Shown: in pieces, positions 1 through 10,659 of the stretch
How positions within the stretch are numbered: position 1 is the stretch's first letter
Layout of the letters: every line of letters starts with the position of its first letter
Origin: Dimorphilus gyrociliatus
Lineage: Eukaryota; Animalia; Annelida
DNA length: 64,000 nucleotides
Direction of reading: 5' to 3'
Assembly (NCBI GenBank): GCA_904063045.1
Contig: CAJFCJ010000001.1
Coordinates: 744,001-808,000 of the forward strand
Notes under the pieces: generated by a model
What the model saw: the letters and a program-made list of their open reading frames with translations, nothing else
Databases searched by the model: none
What the model was told of the DNA's origin: nothing
Translations under genes and position numbers: made by a program

Positions 1-518
1 TTTTAGAGAATTGGAGGTGGATAAAAATGTTATATAGATTAACAAAAACTGTTCAGGAAATTCATAGAAGTTTAATTGTAATCAATAACTTAAAGTTGAG
101 TAATATCCTTTTAAGGTATTACCCGGACAAAGGATGGACGGCTCCTAAGATAAGCAATTTTGGACGAGCCTACATCCTTGACGGATTTTCAGACAAATCG
201 TCTAAAGGTCTCAAAGGGATGGCCGAGAAAAGCTCATTTAGACAGTATTCCATGTCCTTTGAATCAGATATCTTTCAATTGGGTTATATTATAAAACAAG
301 TTGATCTCTCTCTTAATTTGGGATTGGACGGTATTGTACGATTTTGTCAATCTACTACAAGCAACGATCTATTTTGGTCGACATGCGATATTGCGGATGC
401 ACTGGAAGGAGCAATGGCTGAAATGCAAGCATTAGCAACATCAAAGGGGACTAATAGAAAAAGCTCAATGCTTAAATTCGATCTATTTCAAACAGTTTGT
501 CCCTGTCTTAACTATTGA
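1..518 (+). CDS. C-terminal lobe of a protein-kinase-fold protein, probably a pseudokinase (5'-truncated by the window)
   Basis: The frame is open from the window start (LENWRWIKMLYRL...). IVINNLKLSNILL aligns to the IHRDLKPxNILL catalytic loop, KISNFG to KIxDFG, and SDIFQLG to SDIWSLG. Stop TGA at 516-518. Confidence 0.7.
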   Translation, partial: LENWRWIKMLYRLTKTVQEIHRSLIVINNLKLSNILLRYYPDKGWTAPKISNFGRAYILDGFSDKSSKGLKGMAEKSSFRQYSMSFESDIFQLGYIIKQVDLSLNLGLDGIVRFCQSTTSNDLFWSTCDIADALEGAMAEMQALATSKGTNRKSSMLKFDLFQTVCPCLNY

Positions 519-803
519 AAATAAGCAATAAAATTATTAAATATAGAGATAGTGAGATTAAAGAATATCAAAACAACTAACTGCTCACTGCTCAAGTAGA
601 GACCTACTTACTGCCCAAATTTTGATAACGACATGTCTTAGAAATATTTCGATCTCAAATAGTGTAATGTGTGTTGATAGTACTAAAAATAATTTAATAA
701 CAATGTCCTAAGAAATGTATTTTTTAAAATGATATGAATAGAGGCAATGACAAAAGACTATCTCATGAAATTAGTTCTAATAGCTAAATATAACCTATAT
801 CAG

Positions 804-3531
804 TTAGTTGAGTAAGTCGGTATCTCTTTCAATACCGACAAATAGGTTTCTCTCTGTATGACCGTAGCGGTAGTCGAAGAATAATTCTTCTCCTTCCGCT
901 ATTGCTCTTTTGGCGAATATTCCAATACGATGATCACCGTTGACTAATAATACTTTCGTATCACAATTGGGATTACGTGAATGATTAGCGAATCTAATCT
1001 TATTCCCTTTTCTTGTAGCATCAACAACGCTATCTGAAAATTATACAATTTCAAATGTAAGCAATTTTTCATTAAATGAAACATTTATATAAAATACCTT
1101 TGGTTAAATTGAATAAAAAGCTGCACATCGATTTATCGTAAACTTTTCCTCGCTTATCGGCCTCCAACTGAGAAATTAACTCTCCACAATATTCAGAAAT
1201 GAGCTCTTGCTTTTCACAAGCATCCTTAAGGAAAATTCCCCATCCAGCAACATTTGACGGAGCGAGAAGTAAATGCTAATATTTAAAAGAAAATTTCAAT
1301 TAGTAATGGTTGTGACTGAAAGAAAAGTATGTACCTTTCGCAAACCCCTTTGAATATTAACGTTTTTGCAATTTTTACTTTTAGAATCAGCTGTTTTTTT
1401 TTAAAACTTGCATTAAACTTAATTAATTGTCTACTTGTATAGAATTGAACTTACATGCTCCACAGCTCATGCATAAATCTGGATCACATTCTCTTAAAGC
1501 TACGAAGCAGGGACATTGTTTCGAATTACAATGAGATTTGCATTTGCAACCAGGATATCTGTTTCCGCCTAAAATATTCAGATTAATAAGCAATGAAATT
1601 AAAGCATAAAAAGTAAACAACAAAATAAGTTATACATACAATATTTGGAACAATAGCAAAATTTTTCGCAATTTAATTTACTTCGAACGCATATACAATT
1701 TTCATCGCATTCCCTATCAGGATGATAGCACGGTGTGAAGGAATGAGATTCTTGAGCCTTACGTTCTTCTCGTCTGTTGTTTTTTTCAAGTTATGAATTG
1801 GAGAGCATAAATATCGAAACGTTTTTAAACTTACTGATATTTTCGTTTCTTTTTCTTTGGAACTTCAGGCTCTGTGTATGGATTTTCTAAATTCCATTTT
1901 CTAGATAATTCACAAACTTCTTGGCAAGACTTAGTTTCTATTATTGCAGCTATACAACAATAGTCAGTATTATATATTTCGTGCAATGTTCTTAAAAGTG
2001 TCTGTTCGCTTCCATCCCAATCAACGAGAGCTTCGTCGTCCTGGGGAGGAGTTTTCCTTTTTAGACGGCCACTTGATCTTGGAGATGGAGTAGTTCTACC
2101 ATCCTGATCGGACTTTTTAACTAATAGAAGATGACATTTAGGACCACAGGGTATAGATGAGTCTGCTCGTATAGACGGTATAGGCTTTTTTTTCTCCCAA
2201 CCAGTCCTCTTTTGAACAATCGGAATCTTTACATCGTCATCCGAATCGTCGACTTCTTCGTTATCATTATCAGAATCATTTTCCACTTGTTTGTCATCAG
2301 AGGTCTTCTTATGTCTGGTTGGTGATTCGTCGTTCCTTAAGCGATGGTGCATAAGGGAATTCATACTATAGCCTGCCAAAGACAATGAAAATTGACAAAT
2401 TTTTTATATTTAAAGAAAACGACCACAAACCGTGAATAAAGCAGTCATATCTATAGCAAATCCGACAAAATAATAGATGATAAGAATGAAGAGCAACTTG
2501 ACGAGAAACCGCTTGAGCACCTTCGCCATCAATACTCGAGGTACAATTTGTTGGAGAATTTTGATCAGTTAACTCTCTATATTTATCTTTTAATCTATCG
2601 GCTGTACGTTTATCGCTAAAGTACATGGATATCGCCTCGAAAATTACATCATGAGGAAACGACGACATTGCTATTATAAATAAAAAAAATTTTAGTTTTA
2701 AATTTTCTACTTTCGAGATTTCAGATAATAAAAACACAAACCGTCCGAGTTATTTACTTCCTTTCCCGATTCATCATATTTTTTTAATGCATCAACGAGA
2801 TCAACTAATGTTTGATTATCTAAACGATCCTCTTCACCGTCCTCCCCATGAACTTTACCATCGTAATTCCCTAATAGTTCTTCAATGAAAGAAGAATCTT
2901 CATCCAATAGCCTTTCGCCCATATATGGTATATTGTGCAGCACACTCTCATCTTCAATCTAGAGAAAACTTTTTATTAAACTAAAGAGATTACTATATAT
3001 TTAATAAAACCTGGTAATTATGTTGTAATGGGGCCCAGCTGTACATTGTAGGTAATTTAGTCACTGGATTTAGTAAATTTGTTGGGACATATTGTACTTG
3101 TTCATTTCTAACAGATATTTTTGTCTAAAATTCAGGAAATTAGAATATTCATAGAAGTTAATTAGAAGAGATAAAATAATAATTGCTTTACCTTTTTCTG
3201 TTTTGGATTTGTTGGTATTATATTTTGAGAAATTGTTCTTGCCAAAGGCTCTGTGACTAACGAACGCGATTTACTGACATCATCTATAAACTGTCTATTT
3301 CCCTTCCAAGCTTCCTAAAAGTTAAAAAACTGTTCAACACTTCGAAATTCGATAATAGGTATGTTATGATGTTGAAACTAATTTGTTAATACAAACAATT
3401 TTTCTGCTTGCTTCTTCATGCTTTAACTTTCCATATTCCGCCTTGACTTTTTTTAACCAATCATTTTTGTGATGGAAATCTTTAAATTTTATTGGACTTT
3501 TCCTTTCAGGAGATGAAGATGGGGATGACAT
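804..3531 (-). CDS. EZH2: Enhancer of zeste homolog, PRC2 H3K27 methyltransferase (multi-exon)
   Basis: ATG at 3531. Motifs in order: [12 protein letters not shown] (SBD), [12 protein letters not shown] (SAL), LHNIPYMG...NYDGKVHG (SRM), [13 protein letters not shown] (MCSS), CXC domain [17 protein letters not shown] domain [42 protein letters not shown] at 804-806. Introns about 60 bp. Confidence 0.97.
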
Positions 3532-3973
3532 AATTTGAATAAAGCGTAATTCACTTCAATATCGCTCAAATTAACAACCAATAGTCACCTAAGTAAATAA
3601 TATATTGAAATATGAAAATTGAAAATATACTTTTAACTATTATATAAACTCACAGAACTTTCGATTATCAGTTAAAGTATGATATTTATGAAATAGATTG
3701 GAAGATGATACCTCAATCAAAAATAGCGCACTTATTAATTTGCTTAGAACCAGTTTATTGTGATAGGTGAAAGTAGAGCGGTTCTAGCTCCGCACTCATT
3801 TCTCCAGAAAACTCTCACAGAGGAGTGACTCAGAGCTGTCATTAGTAACCTCAGGTACTAAACAAATAATGACGATAACTCATAGTAAAAAAAAGGCCGC
3901 CAACGCTTGAGCGTATCAGAAACTAGATCGCTGGAGTTCGTCGCTAGCAGTTTCGACCGAGACACCGAATGAA
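3532..3973. promoter_or_regulatory. Shared divergent promoter between EZH2 and TMEM64
   Basis: Only 442 bp separate the two head-to-head start codons. The TMEM64-proximal half is richer in GC and CpG and contains TGACTCA near 3826. Confidence 0.6.
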
Positions 3974-5191
3974 ATGTCCAAAACAGCGGAATATCTTCCT
4001 GTACACCTGAACATTTCACAAGCCGCACCTGTGAACAAAACGGAACAGTATGATCACAAGCGCAGTTCATCGGATAGCTGTATTCAACAAAAAAATCCTC
4101 AAATTATCATTGACATTAATCAAGATACGAAAGACAGGGATTGTTTCAAACTAGTCATATTCAGTTTGGGAATAATTGTATTTTTCTGCCTGTTTATTTT
4201 TCTCGGAAGAGACTATATAAAATACCTCCTTTTGTTCATAGAGAAGACTGATATATCAATAAGTTTTGCAATATTCTCTGTACTCTTTACCATAGTATCA
4301 TTCCCAGTAGCATGGGGGTATGTTCTCTTGAATGTAGCAGCTGGATACCTGTTCGGGCTTACTGTGGGGGCCATTTTTGTGGCATTATGTGCACCTGTGG
4401 GCATCTTAATAGCACATTTATCAATTAGAAGATTTTGCAACGACGTTGTTATGTCTAAATTATTGACGAACAATCTACAATCTCTTGTTAAAATAGTAGA
4501 AAGTGGGCAGGGAACGAAAGTCATTTTTCTCGCCAGATTGACTCCCATACCTTTCGGATTGCAAAATGCTGTTTTCGCAGTAAGTAAAGATTCTTGCTCT
4601 ATTTGCTCTTCAAGTATCAAAATTGTTCTTAGAGAAATGATTTACTTACCACGAGATTTTTATATTCTAAGTATGATTCTCAGAGCAAACTATTAATCTT
4701 ACTAACAAGTACCTATATTATCCAAAGGAATGATTATTTTTGTTCTAACTAGCTGCTTAATTGAGCATCCCAGATAGATAAAATAATCTTTTTTAAACAG
4801 ATATCTAATATCGGAACTGTTCGATATTTGATAGCATCGATACTAGGTCTTTTGCCTACTCAAGTATTAAATGCCTATATTGGTTCAACTCTTCGTTCAA
4901 TGGAGGAAGTTGTATCAGATAAATCTCAGAATATTACTGGTTACTTAGTATTTATTATTCAAGTAAGTAAGCCTATATACCTGAGGCATTTAAATCGTAT
5001 GACTCATGACGTTCTACTTGTTCCAGTTGTTGGTTACCCTTCTGTTACTAGCTTATATCATAAGAAAAGCCAAGCAAGAATTCAATAAAGCACTTGATGT
5101 AGACGTTGAATCGCCTTCTCCGGCGTCTCTCTCGGAACCAGTTTCACCTGCAAACGTGCTTTCGAAACCATTTTTTAATAAGGCTCTTTAG
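3974..5191 (+). CDS. TMEM64: Transmembrane protein 64 (VTT/SNARE-associated domain), 3 exons: 3974-4579, 4801-4962, 5027-5191
   Basis: FPVAWGYVLLNVAAGYLFG, ARLTPIPFGLQNAVFA, LLPTQVLNAYIGSTLRSMEEV. In-frame GT-AG junctions; stop TAG at 5189-5191. Confidence 0.92.
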
Positions 5192-8100
5192 AACGTTTTT
5201 ATGTCTATTACAACTTATCATAATTTCTATTAAAAAAATGTGTATGTTGATTGTACATTTGCAAATTGTGTATATTTTTATCATGCCAAAATCGCTCACA
5301 CAGTAGCTCTAAACAGAGTTGCATAATTCATTAATTGTTTATTTGTAACGAACGAAAATCCATCCATCTCATTGATGGTCAACTATAACATTAAATAACA
5401 CAATTAAAACAATACTCTAGCAAATGTAGTTTTTTCGTGTTCAGTATCTGTATGACAACGTTCGCATATTTGCCCTTTCGTCTGCTACAGAGCACACATT
5501 GGAATTTTACTATCGCTGAAAGGATATGCGCATATTTATAATTGGACAAGAAAGTTAAATGTACAGGAGATAGTACAAATGTAATTTCTTGATTGACCTA
5601 TTAATCAACAGCTGTCATTGTATTAAAAAGTGAATCTTTATTTTAAGGGAAGGGGAGATTAACGTTAAAAGATAAAGAACATTTATCGATTAGCTAAATT
5701 TTAAATAGGTTATTCCTTATCACTTGTATTTTTATTTGGGGAAGAATTAAGCTAACTATTCCAGGATGGGTGGGAATATTTTAAGATTTATATAGATTAT
5801 TTTAAAAAAGCAAAGAATCAATTTGGAAACGAATATTAAAATATAAAAGATTTTTGATTGAAAGGTAGGTCATTCAAATAATTACCATGCCTTTTTATAA
5901 TATAACGTAAAGTATGATGCATTAACTATAGATAGAAGAACATTTTATTGCTAATTGTACATATACTGTAAATTCATGTATATTTCTACTACGTAAATAA
6001 AAGGCTATATATATTATTGAATTGTACACGAGTACCGTAACGAGTATTATAGAATATATCGGCGAAGAAACGCTAACTGCGAATTGTTTATAGCTTGAAA
6101 CATTGTTTATGCTTAAGTTAATGCTAGGGGAAACAATAAGCATCATATTGCATGTGATAATTTAGACTTAAGATTCACTCTATTGAAAGCATCAACGAGA
6201 AAAAGATTCTGAAACTAAGTATTTCCTCATAAATTCCATAAAATCACCTTTTATAAGATATAAAAAAAGAGGTAAATGATTTTATCATGCCTAAATTCAA
6301 GAAAAGGAGAGAGAACATGCCTTTTTAACAACCACACAATGAATTAAGAGAATTTAAAGAGTGATACTTGACAAAGCTATCTTTTTGAGCATTTTTTCGT
6401 GAAAAATAAAATCTATTGAACGAACTATACATTCTTGATATATATACAGTTTATAGGTATAGGACTATATCATTTTACTATGGAAACGCGGTATAAATCA
6501 ACTACCTGAAAATAAGTCTCTTCTCTCATACCTTCTATCTGTTATCTTTCTATATTGTACTAAAAAAATGTGACTATTTTTGATTGAATTAGGAAAAATA
6601 TTTTAATAATAATTTGCTAGCTAACTACCATATTTAAATCTAGGACAAATACACTCTGCAGGTTGCTAAGATGACTCATCTCATAAATTAAAATACTTCA
6701 GTGCCTATTTATAGATTGACTGATTAATTTGCATATAGTATTAAAAATTCTGAAAAACTTGGCTATTCTTCATGATTTTTATAAATTAACACTTTGTTTT
6801 TATTAGTCTCGTACTACTTATTTAATGTATATGCAAATTAGAGAAAATCTTAAGTCTATTTAAAGAAATTATTATATAAGCATATTTTTACCACTACTGT
6901 CCTATTACATTTGTTTTTTTTTAAAGAAAAAGGTCATGTCCGAAGCAGTTCTGTGCGATTACATTTTATTGATTGATTTAGCCATAAAATAAATTTTTAT
7001 TATAGAATACTCCAGTTTGGTATGGCACAAAAAATATCTGTTAAATAAGTAATAATAAAAAATCACAATATGAGTTTAATGTACGTTACCAACCACGATA
7101 GGATATTCAATTGCTGTTACAATAAAAGCAGCCATCATAATGCTTTTTGATAAAAAAAAAATTAGATCAGAAAGAAGCGTAAAGAAACAATCATAGAGCG
7201 AAAAAGTATAAACGAAGGGAGGGGTAGAGAAAGGCAGATGAAGAGACTCGTTTATCAGTTATAAATCAACAATATATGCAAAAATGCTAATGGCAAGATA
7301 GAAAAAGGAAGGAAAAGCTTAATATAGAAACTGTATGTTGAACATTAAAGCTGGAATAACTTTAATAATTTTTTTTCTGCAAGAGTGAATGAAAGAATCC
7401 GTAATAGAAACCATAAAATACTGGAATTAGCATATAAATCTTAGTAATTATATGTTGAATAAACAATAGTGTGTTTTATTCGTTCTTGTAGAAAGACAGT
7501 ACGGCCACAAGTATCTTAAAAAATGTATTAATGACAACTGTATATATAAATAGAGATATTTATTTTACTATAAATGCATAAATTACTGTTTATAAAATTA
7601 TGCATAATCGTATTGTCGCTTTTTAATGGCAATTTATCCTAATAATTAATCTTGAATTCTAATGACTACTTTTACTATTCACTTTGCCGATAAAATTTAA
7701 TGATAGAGTATGTGCGAAAGTATATTGTATAGATTGAAAAGAAACCTTCGCACTCTATATATGCATAAAGCATAGAAAGGTATCAAGATGCATTTATTGA
7801 TTTTTCCTCGCTATTAACAAAGCAACATAATTAATGATGAGCTTATGAATTAAAACTAAACAGAAATCTATTAGCTATGGTTATAAAAGTATAGACAGAG
7901 CATTATCATTTTTCTATGGAAATACAGCGCTGGTTCTCTTTTTAGCCGATCGTTACTCAGATAGCTTATTGTAATGTAATATACCTATGTAAAAATACTG
8001 ATTCCTTTCAATAATAACTCTGTGAGTTGGTCTGACATTACCAAAGCAAGTGCGTAAAGTGATTTAAATAAAGGACAGTCAATCATGCAATAATAAACAA

Positions 8101-8493
8101 CATTTTACACTTTAGTTATTATTAATCTATTAGGGAAAAGTACAATGCATATTAATATTCCCAAGTATAAAAAATTGAAATTTAAAGTGACATAGTAGAA
8201 CTATAACAAAACCTTTTCTTATCTCAAGAAGATAAAAAAAAGTCATAAAATATAAAACCAACATCTTAACTACAAACAGATTATTGAAAAACGCAATTGT
8301 TGAAAATCTATTATTTTTTGACGTGTTATGAACTCTCGATTTATCTGTTACATAATACTTAAATATCTGTGGACTCTATTTTTCGTAAGTGATAAAAATT
8401 ATCGTACAAACGATAGTAAAGATTTTGATTTTTAGGGATAGTTATTAAAGAATTAAACATAATGCGGAATAAAGTTTAACACATCCTTACAAT

Positions 8494-10265
8494 CTATCTT
8501 GTCTTTTCATTTCTTAGGTGTTTGCAGTCATCAATAAGAAAGCTGAAATAATAATTAAGGTTTCATTAAAATTAACAAGGTTAATTATTAGCGATGAGCT
8601 TATCTTACCTATACCAGAGAAATGGCAATGGAACAGTTCCAGCATGCCATAGGGAATGAGCATCAAAGGTCCAATAAAGGGGAGCAAAATCTAAAAGTTC
8701 CAATAAAACCAAACAATTTAAACATAATACTGTTAAAGCAGCTTTCCGAACATGTTTTAAATGCTTATTTTTCGAGCAAAACCAAAGCCAGCCAATAGAA
8801 TTTACAAGACCTGAAACAAGGAGAAATTTAATTGAAAAGAATTATATATGAAAGATAGTTAATATTAAACGCGAATGTAAAGATTATAATGTCAATTGGG
8901 CCTAGTTCTTTGAAAGGACATAATTCATGAATGAAATAAATAACACCAAGCCTATTCAAGAACTTCTCTAGGAAGTATAACGTAAGAGAAATATGTTTAA
9001 AAATAACGGAAAATTTCAAATGAGTGTTTGTTATAGAAAACAATAGACATACCTATAAATATGTTTACTTTAATATTATATCCATAATCAAAGCTAACAA
9101 ACCACATGTAATGTACATGATAGCAATAAAAAGCTATTAAAATTAGACTTGAAAACGTTGTTTTGAAAAATCCTGAGCCAGTTGTTCCAAAAAGCCTAGA
9201 TTTTTTTTAGAGGCCAAAGAAAGGTTATTGCAATAATAATGGTTATAAAAGGAGATCAAATGATTTTTTACAAACCTCGCTATAAAAAAGAACAACTGGG
9301 TCAAAACGTATCCTATTGCTCCAAAGTAATCTAATGCCTATAAATATAAATGTATTTATATATACATTTAACTTTTCATGTTACATATACAGTATATGAA
9401 AGGAAAAGTTAAAATATTGAATCAAAGGATTAATTAAGTAATTGGTATTTATTGTTGTACCTCCGTTAAACGGGTGTCTTTTGTATGAAATATCGTAGAA
9501 AATGACCAAACTATCATTCCTACCTATTACAGAAACAGTAAATACACAATAGTAACCTTAATGCGTAGGTAAAATAACTATATTCATACCAGAGCATACC
9601 AATGAGTCACATAGTACATAGGTGAGTCACTCCGAACTTTTTTTCTAAATTGCAATAGAAGATATATATGAGGTAAGCCGTTTAAAATTGAAAAAAGGGT
9701 AGAAGCTGGTTCTTGAATACCCAAGAATCTTATAAAGGGCCACTGCAATGCACAATATATGTAAAGTGAGAAAATATACATATATAATAGTAACTAATTA
9801 TTAAGAATAAGTAGTACCTTTCCATAGAATTGAGGTACGCCACTGTTATCTTTCTTAAAGGCTTCAACAGTTGACCACATACATGAATATTTGCATTCAT
9901 CATTGCATGACCAGAAGTACATGTAAAATGGTTTTGAATTTTCATACTGTTGAACTGGAATGTATTCATTTTTTCAACTGATTATCTTATTAATTGGATA
10001 AACTAACGATTTGGTTGCTTGCATGAGATATCTAAACATTGTCGATAACACTTAATGAAAACCCAAGAATTGTCACCACTAGAAGCCCGAACATATTTGA
10101 AAGAGATATGTAGTATAAAAATACAAAAGGCTATAAATCCACCTGAAAATTATATCATGATAATATCGCTCATTGGTTTACTGGTCTTTAAAATGTTTGT
10201 TCTTCTTTTCTTTACATCGAAAGTCAATGATTGTGAACATTTAACTATATTAACTTACGTTGCAT
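8494..10265 (-). CDS. PGAP3: Post-GPI attachment to proteins factor 3 (Per1/CREST family, GPI lipid remodelling)
   Basis: Signal peptide followed by ASSGDNS..CYRQC; WSCNDECKYSCMW; PQFYGKWPFIRFLGIQEPAS; STIFHTKD; FDYGYN; DAHSLWH. All CREST motifs are present. First coding exon is ATGCAAC (10259-10265); stop TAG at 8494-8496. Confidence 0.93.
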
Positions 10266-10434
10266 GCTTAATTTGCATAAATATTCAAATCAACAGTTAA
10301 ATTTGTTTATATTTTTAAAGCCGGTTTTGGTTCTATCAAGGAAAACTTGAGGTATGTTTTTCAGACTTACGAAAAATGGTAAAATAGTCAGTTCCATTAA
10401 TCTCTTTAAAAATGAGAGGCAGAATTTAAAACAG

Positions 10435-10448
10435 AAAATGGCGGGAAA
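10435..10448 (+). promoter_or_regulatory. Overlapping YY1-like (AAAATGGCGG) and E2F-like (GCGGGAAA) motifs in the 394-bp divergent PGAP3 / KY-like promoter
   Basis: Sequence aaaatggcgggaaa matches both consensus motifs and lies between the two start codons. Confidence 0.45.
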
Positions 10449-10659
10449 GTTCAAACATTTAGATATTATTTAGTCGTATTTATACATATCTCTTATATAA
10501 AAATGTATTTATTCTTATTATTGTACAACTAATGTTCTGACAATATATTTTTAAGTTTAAAATATTAAATTCGACTTCAAACTTTCGATTGAAAAAAGAA
10601 AATAATTTCAAATAAATAGAGGGAAACTGAATAAGCAACAGGGAGAAGCAAAAGCAGAT

